A stretch of 31,387 bases of DNA from Synechococcales cyanobacterium VAR_4_metabat_354 (GTDB lineage Bacteria > Cyanobacteriota > Cyanobacteriia > Cyanobacteriales > Chamaesiphonaceae), in assembly GCA_031414775.1 (NCBI GenBank), contig JANOQI010000029.1, positions 1-31,387 of the forward strand, read 5' to 3'. The notes under the pieces are model-generated. The model did no database searches. It was not told the DNA's origin and saw only the letters and a program-made list of their open reading frames with translations. The number at the start of each line of letters is the position of its first letter. Position 1 is the first letter of the stretch. Made by a program: the position numbers and the translations under genes. This document shows, piece by piece, positions 1 to 9,487 of this stretch.

Positions 1-139
1 GACAAGCACTCAATCATCATTTACTTGAGCGATTTATTTCCATGTTAGACCTTGACCTGACTTGGATTAAATCCCATCCTAACTACGCCAGCCTTCTCCA
101 GTACGGTTCTTTGACACCATAAATCTGTCCGGACTATTG
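1..139 (+). mobile_element. 3' end of an IS4-like insertion sequence (transposase C-terminus at 3..122 plus terminal repeat)
   Basis: The frame from base 3 reads QALNHHLLERFISMLDLDLTWIKSHPNYASLLQYGSLTP* (stop 120-122), resembling cyanobacterial IS4-type transposase C-termini. It is followed by ...TCTGTCCGGACTATTG, which is CAATAG.. on the other strand, an IS4-like end. A near-identical inverted copy sits at the other window end. Confidence 0.75.
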
Positions 140-215
140 ATAACCAATACTTAACCCTACTGAGTGAATAACTATGGAAAACTAGATAAAATAATCTAAA
201 AATCTGTTTTCTATT

Positions 216-962
216 ATGTCTAATATTTATGAATTTGTCTCCAAAGGCGGGCCAGTCATGTGGCCACTCGTGGGGTTATCTGTCATGACGATTGGTTGTG
301 CTTTAGAGCGAGCAAACTATTGGTGGAAACTGATCAGTCAAGAAGATCGCATCGTACATGATGTCTTGGAAGCTGCCCGCTCTAGTTTGGACGATGCGGC
401 AGCGATCGCTTATCAAGCAAGAAGTCTAGCAATTGGCCGTTTTTTATTTGCCACCCTGCGACTTAAGAATTCATCCCCTGAAACTTTTCATTTAGCGATG
501 GAAGCGGCAGCTGAAAGAGAATTTATCCAAATGCGTAAAGGAGATAAATTATTAGAAACAGTAATAGCGATCGCCCCTCTTTTGGGTTTACTGGGAACGG
601 TAACTGGTCTGATGGCTACTTTTGGCAATATGAATATTGGGGGTAGTGGGGCTGGCAGTGCAAGCGCTACTAAAGCGGCAGCGGGGATTGGAGAGGCTTT
701 GACAGCGACTGCTTCTGGAATGTTTGTCGCAATTTTAGCCTTGGCATTTTTCCGAATTTTTGTGACTTTACAATCTAAACAAATTGATTATTTTACTAAC
801 GTTGGCAATCAACTTGAACTAATCTATCGTCATGTTTGGTGTGAGGGGCATCGCTATCGATCGGAAGAAATGGATCCTGATACTGAAGAAGTTGCAGCTA
901 TCCAATTAGCATCGTCCACTTCTTTTAAAGGCAGAAGACCGCTAGTAAGCGATATTTATTAA
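216..962 (+). CDS. exbB: MotA/TolQ/ExbB proton channel family protein
   Basis: GGPVMWPL N-terminal TM, APLLGLLGTVTGLM and AAGIGEALTATASG motifs; directly upstream of exbD. Confidence 0.92.
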   Translation: MSNIYEFVSKGGPVMWPLVGLSVMTIGCALERANYWWKLISQEDRIVHDVLEAARSSLDDAAAIAYQARSLAIGRFLFATLRLKNSSPETFHLAMEAAAEREFIQMRKGDKLLETVIAIAPLLGLLGTVTGLMATFGNMNIGGSGAGSASATKAAAGIGEALTATASGMFVAILALAFFRIFVTLQSKQIDYFTNVGNQLELIYRHVWCEGHRYRSEEMDPDTEEVAAIQLASSTSFKGRRPLVSDIY

Positions 963-996
963 AATATTCATACAAATAATTGAAAGGTGTAAAATA

Positions 997-1428
997 ATGG
1001 GCTTAGGATCAAAGCGTAGAAACAATCACAGCCAAATGCCAGAAGTTAACTTAGTACCAATGATGGACGTGATTTTGACAATTCTCACTTTCTTCATCAT
1101 TATTTCCATGTCTTTATCGGGAGAATCGAGTTCGGTAGATCTGACTCTGCCCAGCACTAAAACTGGTGTATCTAAAAGCGCTCAGAAAGCTCCAGATCCA
1201 CTGATTGTCAATGTTGATAGTAAGAGTGTTATTTACGTGGGTACTAAAAAACTCGATAACAACCAATTGGCTCCAGAAATAAAAGTCTATTTATCCCAGC
1301 ATCCTACCAATGGGGCGGTGGTTCTTAAGGCCGATAATAAACTTCCCTATTCCCGCATCATTGAAGTTTTAGGCCAAATGCGGGCAGTGGGTGGGGAAAA
1401 GGTATCATTGGCTGTTAATAAGGAATAG
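997..1428 (+). CDS. exbD: Biopolymer transport protein ExbD/TolR
   Basis: EVNLVPMMDVILTILTFFII TM with the conserved Asp; C-terminal VVLKAD..LPY..IIEVL motif. Confidence 0.92.
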   Translation: MGLGSKRRNNHSQMPEVNLVPMMDVILTILTFFIIISMSLSGESSSVDLTLPSTKTGVSKSAQKAPDPLIVNVDSKSVIYVGTKKLDNNQLAPEIKVYLSQHPTNGAVVLKADNKLPYSRIIEVLGQMRAVGGEKVSLAVNKE

Positions 1429-1433
1429 CAAAG

Positions 1434-1471
1434 TGCAAAGACATTTTCTCGATCGAGAAAATGTCTTTGCA
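1434..1471. terminator. Perfect 38-bp palindrome, probable bidirectional terminator
   Basis: TGCAAAGACATTTTCTCGA|TCGAGAAAATGTCTTTGCA between convergent genes, centred on CGATCG. Confidence 0.7.
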
Positions 1472-1491
1472 AATATGAAGTCTGAGTTAAA

Positions 1492-1526
1492 ACCTAGATT
1501 AAATTAAACTACAACTTAATCTAGGT
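1492..1526. terminator. Second stem-loop in the convergent intergenic gap
   Basis: ACCTAGATTAA (1492-1502) ... TTAATCTAGGT (1516-1526), an 11-bp inverted repeat. Confidence 0.5.
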
Positions 1527-1558
1527 CAGATATTTTAGATAGCAAAAGTACATCCAAT

Positions 1559-2767
1559 CTAATTAGGCGGAGTATTCCAAACTACCACAATTGTGCCCGA
1601 TCCATCTTTAGCGGGAATAAGATTTAAGTAACGGGCAAATCCTCCTTGCCGAATTTCATAGAGATTGCCACCGCCATAATTACTTTTGGGTGTAACTTGA
1701 AAATTCCCCTGTTGCAAACTGCCAGCAAATATGCCGGTGTAAGCTGTGCCTGGATTCTGCCCGCTAATAAATCTAATACTGCCATCAATGCCATTTTTGA
1801 CTTGTTTCTCTAGAAATCCTTTCTCATCCTGCCCATATTTATCGTGAAAAGCTTTAGGATCGGGTAGCTTCTCATCAGCACTATCGTTCTGCTGAAAAGG
1901 TACCCGTCCTAGTGCTGCATCAAAAGCATTTTCCTGCGCGGATGCTACTTCTGTATTACCTAAATTATCTGGTAAAGGCTTTTTACTTTTAACAATGATC
2001 GTACCTTTGCCGCTTTCAAAGATCAGAGTTAAATACTCAGTAACTCCACCTTTACTAACTTCATATACTTTTTTATTATCTGTGTTGGTGGATACACTTG
2101 ATTGATAACTTCTCCCTTTTAGTTCACTATCAAAAAAACTACTAACTTGTTTGAGATCATCGGGAGTTTGCTGCGCAACCTTCTCGATCGCTTTGAGATC
2201 AAAAGCACCAGAAGCAGCATTTGGATATTTCGGGAAGTCACTAAACGGAGTATTAGGTGCTGGCGGCTTCGGAGCAACTGGAGTAGTGCTCGTCGCTTTA
2301 GGGGAAGCTTTTGGACTGGGTTTAACGACAGCTAGCCTACTAGCTAATGGTTTAGGAGAAATGCGAGGACTAGGTTTAATAGTAGGGGTTTTACTCACTT
2401 TTGGCCTGGGAGAGGCATTCGGACTGGGTTTAGTTGTGGGAATAGGTTTAGGCGAAATTGTCAACTGCGGCGATTTACTGGCAGAAGAGCGATCGATCGA
2501 TTTAACCTCTGGCGACTGAGCCAATGCCGATGGGGAAGGCTGGGGAGTTGCTGAACTAGGATTCGTTGTTACCACTTCGGTCGGTAACTCTGTCAACTTA
2601 ACTTTCTCTTCTTTCGGGATGGGAGGTGCTGACTGTTGATGAACACCCGCTAGCGGCATTATCAACAGTAATCCGTGCAAACCGATCGATATTAAAATAG
2701 CCGGCTTCAGCAAGCTGCGCCAAGAAAATGAGTTACTAGACTCATCAAGTATTTGAAGATTAGCCAT
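1559..2767 (-). CDS. TonB-like membrane-anchored proline-rich protein with non-canonical C-terminus
   Basis: Single TM with S-x3-H (ISIGLHGLLL), long P/K/S/T-rich linker, adjacent to exbBD. Start is probably ATG 2767 (MANLQ); the ORF track extends to 2818. Confidence 0.6.
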   Translation of the reverse strand: MANLQILDESSNSFSWRSLLKPAILISIGLHGLLLIMPLAGVHQQSAPPIPKEEKVKLTELPTEVVTTNPSSATPQPSPSALAQSPEVKSIDRSSASKSPQLTISPKPIPTTKPSPNASPRPKVSKTPTIKPSPRISPKPLASRLAVVKPSPKASPKATSTTPVAPKPPAPNTPFSDFPKYPNAASGAFDLKAIEKVAQQTPDDLKQVSSFFDSELKGRSYQSSVSTNTDNKKVYEVSKGGVTEYLTLIFESGKGTIIVKSKKPLPDNLGNTEVASAQENAFDAALGRVPFQQNDSADEKLPDPKAFHDKYGQDEKGFLEKQVKNGIDGSIRFISGQNPGTAYTGIFAGSLQQGNFQVTPKSNYGGGNLYEIRQGGFARYLNLIPAKDGSGTIVVVWNTPPN

Positions 2768-3095
2768 GAGAGTTTGAAGTACACAGTAATTAATAAATAG
2801 GATGGAGCGAGCATCCAATTACCTGCGGTAAAAAGTCTTTGCTGTCGCTCACATGAAGCCAATATGTAATGTTTTATTAGCTACCAATTTAGCCGTAAAA
2901 CACAAATTTATCCCCACCGGTTAGCATTTTAGAGCAAATACGGCAGGTCTACACCTAAAACATTGCGCTAAAACTCTCAAAAGAGTGTGTATACATTTAA
3001 CTGTTTTTACAGCTCGTATTTGTGGTTGTTCTCCCAAGAAAACCCTTGGATTAACGCCTTCAGATAATAACAGGTGAAACACCGAAGAATTAGGA

Positions 3096-3146
3096 TTTTA
3101 CCGAAATTTAATCTTGGTTAACTATAGCTTAATCTTTGTTTTACTT
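3096..3146 (+). promoter_or_regulatory. Probable Pho box (SphR/PhoB site)
   Basis: Octamers TTTTACCG (3096), TTTAATCT (3107), GTTAACTA (3117), CTTAATCT (3128), TTTTACTT (3139) at 10-11 bp period, resembling the cyanobacterial PyTTAAPyPy(T/A) consensus, about 100 bp upstream of pstS. Confidence 0.65.
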
Positions 3147-3250
3147 GCTCTTATTTAATGAGAAATACTATCTACCCTAGGCATGTCTAAATAAGACACA
3201 TTGCCAACCTCCATATTACAGACAGTCCTTTATCTTTAAATTTTATAATC

Positions 3251-4297
3251 ATGACAGCTGCTAAGTCTTTGTTCAAACTCCAGAAAATCATGCCGATCGC
3301 TTTAGCTGGCATGAGCCTCTGCCTAATCCCAGTTTTGGCTTTTGCTCAATCAGCTTCTTTGACTGGTGCTGGTGCAACTTTTCCCGAACCTCTCTATCAA
3401 AGATACTTTTCAGAATTCAAGAAGACCAGCAACACCGATGTTCGGTACAACGGTATTGGTAGTGGTGGCGGGATCAAACAATTTATTGCAGAGACTGTAG
3501 ATTTTGGGGCTAGCGATGCTGCCATGAGTGATGCTGAGATTCAGCAGGTCAAAAGAGGAGTTGTGATGGTGCCAACCGCTGGTGGAGCAGTTGCGGTAGT
3601 CTACAATGCCCCCGGAGTTTCTAATCTGAAGTTATCTAGAACTACTCTCCCAGCTATTTTTAGCGGAAAAATCACGAAATGGAACGATCCGGCGATTGCC
3701 AAAGATAATCCCGGTGTTAGTTTACCTGGGAAATCAATCCGTTTGGCCGTTAGAGCAGATAGTAGTGGTACATCTTTTATTTTTACCAATCATCTTAGTG
3801 CTATTGATCCCGGCTTTAAGAGCAAAGTAGGAGCCACTAAATCACCAAACTGGTCAGGAAACACTCTGAAAGGTAAGGGCAATGATGGTGTCGCCGCTCT
3901 GGTTCAGCAAACAGAAGGTTCGATCGGTTATGTAGAAGCAGCATTTGCTAAACAGGCCAAGCTCTCAACTGCTCTGGTGCAAAACAAGAATGGTCAGTTT
4001 GTGCCACCTTCTCTAGCGGAAGCTAATAAAGCCATTCAATCAGTTAATTTCCCGTCTAATTTTCGGGTTTTTGAGGGAGATCCGCAAAAAGGCTATCCCA
4101 TTACTGGTCTAACTTGGTTGCTGGTCTACACTCAATACGACAAGAGCAAAGGTGATGCGGTGAAGAAGTTGGTAAGTTGGATTTTGACTGACGGTCAAAA
4201 GCTAAATGGTTCCTTGGAATACACTAAAATCCCCGACTCTGTAGCTAAAAAAGCAATTGCGGCAGTCAATGGTAGTGTCAAAGTTGCCGGCAACTAG
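3251..4297 (+). CDS. pstS: Phosphate ABC transporter substrate-binding protein PstS
   Basis: Signal peptide; LTGAGATFPEPLY, GSGGGIKQF, DFGASD, RADSSGTS motifs. Confidence 0.96.
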   Translation: MTAAKSLFKLQKIMPIALAGMSLCLIPVLAFAQSASLTGAGATFPEPLYQRYFSEFKKTSNTDVRYNGIGSGGGIKQFIAETVDFGASDAAMSDAEIQQVKRGVVMVPTAGGAVAVVYNAPGVSNLKLSRTTLPAIFSGKITKWNDPAIAKDNPGVSLPGKSIRLAVRADSSGTSFIFTNHLSAIDPGFKSKVGATKSPNWSGNTLKGKGNDGVAALVQQTEGSIGYVEAAFAKQAKLSTALVQNKNGQFVPPSLAEANKAIQSVNFPSNFRVFEGDPQKGYPITGLTWLLVYTQYDKSKGDAVKKLVSWILTDGQKLNGSLEYTKIPDSVAKKAIAAVNGSVKVAGN

Positions 4298-4399
4298 CAT
4301 TTTTTGAAAGTACCAGGAGTTGGGGGTGCGGCGACATGTTACCGAATTCCCCAGACTCTTAATTGATGCGATTTGCTCCTAATTCAAATGGTTTAAACC

Positions 4400-5356
4400 T
4401 TGATCACAGAAAGCGAACACGATAGCTATCTCCAGACCAGTGATGGCTTCTCTGAATGGTTAGCCCGTTTGTTTGGCTATATCGTCCGAGGCGCGGCGCT
4501 GGTGAGCTTATTGCTGCTGGCGTGGCTAGCCGCAATTGTCTGGCAACAGGCGCAACCTGCTCTACATAAATTTGGTGTAGGTTTTCTTTTCAGCCAGATT
4601 TGGAATATTGGCGACAGCGTGTTCGGAGCAGCTCCTTATCTTTATGGCACCATCGTTAGCGCTAGCATTGCTCTCTTGCTGGCAGTGCCCATTGGTATTG
4701 CCGTAGCTATTATCACTAGCGAAGATAATTTGTTACCTCCCAAGTTGCGCACTATTTTAGCTTTCATGGTCGAACTGATTGCTGCCATCCCCAGCGTCAT
4801 TATTGGATTATGGGGAATCTATGTGATGATTCCGGCGATTAAACCATTCCAAATGTGGCTCTATGAAAGCTGGCAATGGTTGCCATTTTTTAATACCGAA
4901 CCGAGTGGACCAAGTATGTTGGCGGCAGGTTTGATTTTGGCTTTGATGATTCTGCCAACGATCGCAGCCATTAGTCGCGATATCTTCGTCACTGTTCCAC
5001 CAGAATTAAGTAGTGCTTCCCTTTCTTTAGGAGCTACTCGCTGGGAGACCATCCTAAAAGTCAAATTACCAGTAGCTGTGGCCGGCATTATTGGAGCGGT
5101 GATGCTGGGCTTGGGTAGAGCGTTGGGAGAAACGATGGCTGTAACAATGGTCATTGGTAACTCCGCCCAGATTAACTTTTCACTATTAGATCCGGCTTAT
5201 ACTATTCCGGCAGTGCTAGCTAACGAGTTTGCGGAGGCTCTTGATCCTTTACATATTGGAGCTTTGATGTATCTGGCTCTCATCCTGTTTATTTTGACGC
5301 TGGCTGTCAATATGCTGGCTTTGCTATTAGTCAAATTAGTGGATAGGCAGAAGTAA
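4400..5356 (+). CDS. pstC: Phosphate ABC transporter permease PstC
   Basis: IAAIPSVIIGLWG and GLGRALGETMAVTMVIGN motifs; operon position. Confidence 0.95.
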   Translation: MITESEHDSYLQTSDGFSEWLARLFGYIVRGAALVSLLLLAWLAAIVWQQAQPALHKFGVGFLFSQIWNIGDSVFGAAPYLYGTIVSASIALLLAVPIGIAVAIITSEDNLLPPKLRTILAFMVELIAAIPSVIIGLWGIYVMIPAIKPFQMWLYESWQWLPFFNTEPSGPSMLAAGLILALMILPTIAAISRDIFVTVPPELSSASLSLGATRWETILKVKLPVAVAGIIGAVMLGLGRALGETMAVTMVIGNSAQINFSLLDPAYTIPAVLANEFAEALDPLHIGALMYLALILFILTLAVNMLALLLVKLVDRQK

Positions 5357-5358
5357 TT

Positions 5359-6309
5359 ATGGAAGATGATAGCTACGTTTATAAGCCTCGACCAGACTAT
5401 GAAATGCTCCTTCAGAACAGGTATTGGGGCAGTCAATTGTTGAACAAGCCATTACCGTTACTACGCAATCTACTCAGTTGGCTTTTTTCTGGATTAGTAT
5501 ATTTCTGTGCGGTTTGCGCGGTCATTCCGTTAGTTTCGATCTTGTGGACGATTGTCCGGCGGGGTCTACCAGGTTTGAAATGGACAGTACTAACCGCAAT
5601 TCCAGCGCCGGTGGGAGTAACGGATGTCCCAGATGGTTTTGGTAATGCCATTATGGGGACGTTAATGATTGTTGGAGTATCTAGCCTGGTGAGCATTCCC
5701 TTGGGGATTTTGGTGGGCATTTATTTAGCCGAATTCAACCAGGGCAGTTTGTTCGATCGCTATTTAAACAGTACAGTGCGTTTTACACAGCGGATTCTGT
5801 CCAGTATTCCGTCGATTATTATTGGCGTGTTTGCTTATGGGGTAATTGTATTTACTACCAAAAAGTTTTCGGCATTCGCTGGTAGCTTTTCTTTAAGTAT
5901 TATTATGTTGCCGATTGTCGCGCTGACGACCGAAGAAGCAATGAAAAGAGTACCAAACAATCTTCGTTTAGCAGCCGCGTCACTGGGCGGCAATAAATTT
6001 CAAATTACCAGCCAAATTGTGCTCAAATCGGCACTGAATAGGATTACTACTGGCTGTCTATTGGCGATCGCCAGAGCCGCTGGAGAAACGGCGCCGCTGA
6101 TTTTTACCGCTTTGAACAGCCCCACCTGGCCAGAGGGCTTATTTGCGCCTGCTCCATCCCTGCCAGTCTTGATTTTCAAGTACGCTAGCTCACCCTATGA
6201 TGTCCAAAAAAATTTAGCTTGGACAGCGGCGTTGGTGCTGTTGTTGCTGGTGTTGATTGGCAATATGGCCTCCCGGTTTTTCGTCAATCGTCGTTTTGCT
6301 TCCAAATAA
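5359..6309 (+). CDS. pstA: Phosphate ABC transporter permease PstA
   Basis: SIPSIIIGVFAY and ARAAGETAPLIFTA motifs; operon position. Confidence 0.95.
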   Translation: MEDDSYVYKPRPDYEMLLQNRYWGSQLLNKPLPLLRNLLSWLFSGLVYFCAVCAVIPLVSILWTIVRRGLPGLKWTVLTAIPAPVGVTDVPDGFGNAIMGTLMIVGVSSLVSIPLGILVGIYLAEFNQGSLFDRYLNSTVRFTQRILSSIPSIIIGVFAYGVIVFTTKKFSAFAGSFSLSIIMLPIVALTTEEAMKRVPNNLRLAAASLGGNKFQITSQIVLKSALNRITTGCLLAIARAAGETAPLIFTALNSPTWPEGLFAPAPSLPVLIFKYASSPYDVQKNLAWTAALVLLLLVLIGNMASRFFVNRRFASK

Positions 6310-6335
6310 ATTCAGCACATCTGTAGTCCAATTTC

Positions 6336-7187
6336 ATGACCAGCAAAATGTTTGATAATTTCTCACCAGATACTAACGATATATTAGATAACTTCGAGTT
6401 CGATCGGCAATCTCCAGATTTTCCGGTGATTCAAGTCCGGAACTTCAGTTTTGCCTATGGCCAGAAGCTAACATTAGATAGCATATCGATCGATATTACT
6501 CAAAATCAAGTTACTGCCATTATTGGTTCCTCGGGCTGTGGTAAATCTACCTTTCTCAAGTCGCTTAACCGAGTGGCGGAGCTAGAAGGCAAAGTCCAGA
6601 TCAAAGGCAAGATTGATTTTCTGGGTCAGAATATTTATTCCCGCAATGTCAATGTGAATCGCTTGCGACGGCAAATCGGTATGGTTTTCCAGCGGCCAAA
6701 TCCATTCCCCATGAGCATCTACGATAATATTGCTTATGGAGTTAAATTAATCAAAAGATTTTCTAGAAGTGAATTAGATGAAATTGTGGAATTGGCTTTA
6801 ACGGATGTGGCACTCTGGGAAGAAGTGAAGAATACCTTGGGGAAATCGGCTTTGAATTTGTCTGGTGGTCAGCAGCAGCGCCTATGTATTGCCAGAGCAT
6901 TGGCCGTACAACCAAAAGTATTATTAATGGATGAACCCTGTTCAGCGCTCGACCCAATTTCAACTGGTAAGATTGAGGAACTAATCAATGATCTGAAAGC
7001 AAAATTGACGATCGTGATGGTCACTCACAACATGCAACAAGCCGCCAGAGTGGCAGACTACACTGCTTTTTTCAATACTGATGAAACCCGCATCGGTCAA
7101 CTAGTGGAGTTTGGCAAAACCGAAAATATTTTTGGCATGGCGATCGATCCAGCGACACGCGATTATGTTAGTGGGCGGTTTGGCTAA
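6336..7187 (+). CDS. pstB: Phosphate ABC transporter ATPase PstB
   Basis: Walker A GSSGCGKST, LSGGQQQRLCIARALA, LMDEPCSALDP, C-terminal YVSGRFG. Confidence 0.97.
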   Translation: MTSKMFDNFSPDTNDILDNFEFDRQSPDFPVIQVRNFSFAYGQKLTLDSISIDITQNQVTAIIGSSGCGKSTFLKSLNRVAELEGKVQIKGKIDFLGQNIYSRNVNVNRLRRQIGMVFQRPNPFPMSIYDNIAYGVKLIKRFSRSELDEIVELALTDVALWEEVKNTLGKSALNLSGGQQQRLCIARALAVQPKVLLMDEPCSALDPISTGKIEELINDLKAKLTIVMVTHNMQQAARVADYTAFFNTDETRIGQLVEFGKTENIFGMAIDPATRDYVSGRFG

Positions 7188-7245
7188 TTGATACCAGCCC
7201 ATCCAGCCACCAATCTATTTATTGATCTTAATCAGGAGATATTTT

Positions 7246-8151
7246 ATGCCAGCAGCAGGAAGATACACGGTACTAACCGGCGAATATCAGATTCGTAACG
7301 CCAAAGGTCAACAGCCTCGTCCCGATGGCGATACGATTAAATTTGTAGTGGATAGTCCGAAAGCTGTGAAAAAACTCACCCGCTTTGGTGGAGTTGCCCC
7401 CGATATTGGCAAGACTGGTGGAATCAAATTGCGGCTAGAGGTGATTGATACTTTAGAGACTCATTACCCTACGAACCGTGGTAGAGGTGAGGAAGTCCGA
7501 CAAAGGTTAGATCTGGCTAATGCTGCCCGTGATTCTCTTGTGGAATTACTGGGATTTACCAATGTGGTATTCAATGAAAACTCGACTGTGAAATCGGCAG
7601 ATGATTTTACGATACGGGGATTTATCCTGGCCAATGGTATAGAAGGAAACGGTCGAGTGGTGGGCTTTGCCTACGCGGGGGAACAGCCTCCGGCTGCTGA
7701 TAAACAGGTTCTCCGCCTAGAGCCTCAATTGATGAATAACTCGGCCAACATCCAGATATTGCAGCAAGGACTAGCCTATGCCACCTTGTACCAGACTTTG
7801 CCCTTCGAGCTAATTCAAGAAGCTCGTAAGATTGTGGGAGATGTTCGCGATCGAGCATCTGGTATCTTTGGAGCCGAAGATATTGGAGTTGATAAATTTG
7901 CGCAGATTGCCGACATTACAGCTTTGCAAGAATTAGTAGTCATGCCGAAATTATTTCGCCGACTGGCCGATTTCTTCGTGACTACTGGGGATACTTTGAG
8001 TGAATTTGATGCGTGGATTCGTGATAATGGCAAAGATGATTCTTTAATATTACCCAGTGGGGAAGTTGGTAATTTGCATGATTTGTATGAAGTGAATGAT
8101 AACGGAATTGGTCTGCGTGTTCAGCCCGAAGATGTCCAATTCTTAGATTAA
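7246..8151 (+). CDS. Thermonuclease (SNase)-like nuclease
   Basis: PDGDTIKF and LRLEVIDTLETHY resemble the SNase DGDT and RLxxIDxxE motifs. AGGAG RBS at 7234-7238 before ATG 7246. Confidence 0.65.
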   Translation: MPAAGRYTVLTGEYQIRNAKGQQPRPDGDTIKFVVDSPKAVKKLTRFGGVAPDIGKTGGIKLRLEVIDTLETHYPTNRGRGEEVRQRLDLANAARDSLVELLGFTNVVFNENSTVKSADDFTIRGFILANGIEGNGRVVGFAYAGEQPPAADKQVLRLEPQLMNNSANIQILQQGLAYATLYQTLPFELIQEARKIVGDVRDRASGIFGAEDIGVDKFAQIADITALQELVVMPKLFRRLADFFVTTGDTLSEFDAWIRDNGKDDSLILPSGEVGNLHDLYEVNDNGIGLRVQPEDVQFLD

Positions 8152-8231
8152 TTTAGATTTTCGTCTAATCAAATGGTTCAGTCTGGGGTGCATCGCTTTG
8201 TCCAATATTTGATTTGTGCAACAACGCCGTT

Positions 8232-9437
8232 TTAATCTCTAGTAAAGTTAGCCGGATCTTGATCCCGCCGATGTTTGATCGGTAGCGGTGGACTTGGTCG
8301 ATCGCCTGCCAATACTGCTGTACTTTCCAACGCTGCCCTCAGCCGCTTAGCGGCATAAATAGACATGTCCCGAGGCACATTGATTCGATCGCGCAAATAA
8401 CGCAAAGCCAGATCGGATGATGGCGGTGGCGGACAGATTTCGCTAGTCATCATGTTAGTCAAAGCACAACGCAGTGCCTCGTCGAACAAATGATCTTCTG
8501 CCGGATTGACCTTGATAATGTCGTCACGATGTTTGATTACTCGCTGGAGCGCTTCAGCCCGAGAATTAGCCGGTTCAGGATAAGTGACATCTGGTAAACC
8601 ATCCCAAGGGCCATGATCCACTCTGGTCTTGTTCAGGAGCATTTGCGGTTCGCCATTTTCCCAGCAGCCGCCCATCTGGGGAGGTAAATCATGCACATGG
8701 GTATGGAAATCACTCTGAGTGCCACGATAAGTCGAGCGGCTTTCCATTGCCGCAAACCACTCTTTCAGATATGGATTTTCCTCTCGCAAGGAGTAGCCTT
8801 TGTAGTAGTAAAGACTAGCATTCATTCTTTCTACATAGGGTGTGAAAATCACGTCAGCAGTACTAAAATCATCCAAGAAATAAGGACTGGCCGTCAGACT
8901 GAGTGCTTCTTCGACCATCGTCACTACCCCAGTGAATTGGGCGCGATTGCGTTGTTCTTCACCAGCTGAATTAGCCGGACGGCATAGCCAACCACACCAA
9001 GCTCTAAATAATAGTCTTTCTAGTCGTCGTAAAGTCAGCACCGCTGGCTCAGACATACCCATTCCCAAAGCTCCAAAGACCTGTTCGAGGGCAATTAAAA
9101 TGTCGTCACTTTCCGTGATGATCCGGTCATCTAGTTCTATCGCCGGGAGCATCCCTGATGGCACTTGGCGTTGGTACCAGCTCTCTTTTTCCCCATAGCA
9201 AAACATCGTTACTTTTTCGATGCGGTAGGGAATTTGTTTTTCTTCTAGCCACAGCCAGATTTTCTGACAGTAAGGACACCAGGCATGATGATCTCGGTAC
9301 AGCGTCACCCGCACATCAGCTTCGGTGCCACCAAATAAGCGCAGACGGGCTTGGGAGTTAGTAGCACCATTCACAGTATCTATTGAAAAGTCAGTGAGGG
9401 CGGCTAGTTCAGACCAGCTGTAAGGGGCGATCGACAT
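8232..9437 (-). CDS. Glutathione S-transferase family protein
   Basis: [15 protein letters not shown] and TESDDI N-domain motifs; [16 protein letters not shown] typical of cyanobacterial long GSTs. Confidence 0.88.
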   Translation of the reverse strand: MSIAPYSWSELAALTDFSIDTVNGATNSQARLRLFGGTEADVRVTLYRDHHAWCPYCQKIWLWLEEKQIPYRIEKVTMFCYGEKESWYQRQVPSGMLPAIELDDRIITESDDILIALEQVFGALGMGMSEPAVLTLRRLERLLFRAWCGWLCRPANSAGEEQRNRAQFTGVVTMVEEALSLTASPYFLDDFSTADVIFTPYVERMNASLYYYKGYSLREENPYLKEWFAAMESRSTYRGTQSDFHTHVHDLPPQMGGCWENGEPQMLLNKTRVDHGPWDGLPDVTYPEPANSRAEALQRVIKHRDDIIKVNPAEDHLFDEALRCALTNMMTSEICPPPPSSDLALRYLRDRINVPRDMSIYAAKRLRAALESTAVLAGDRPSPPLPIKHRRDQDPANFTRD

Positions 9438-9487
9438 ATCAAAATCAGGGCTTGGAACTTTGTTAGTCTAACAGATTCCGGAAAATA

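Noticed and set aside
135..156. Fur box upstream of exbB (ATTGATAACCAATACTTAA)
   Set aside because: Weak dyad symmetry, and part of it derives from the IS end.
2147..2519. Plus-strand ORFs 2147..2335 and 2151..2519
   Set aside because: Antisense shadows of the Pro-rich linker of the minus-strand gene.
4317..4358. Stem-loop between pstS and pstC as a novel RNA
   Set aside because: Imperfect hairpin; intercistronic stabilising structures after pstS are commonplace.
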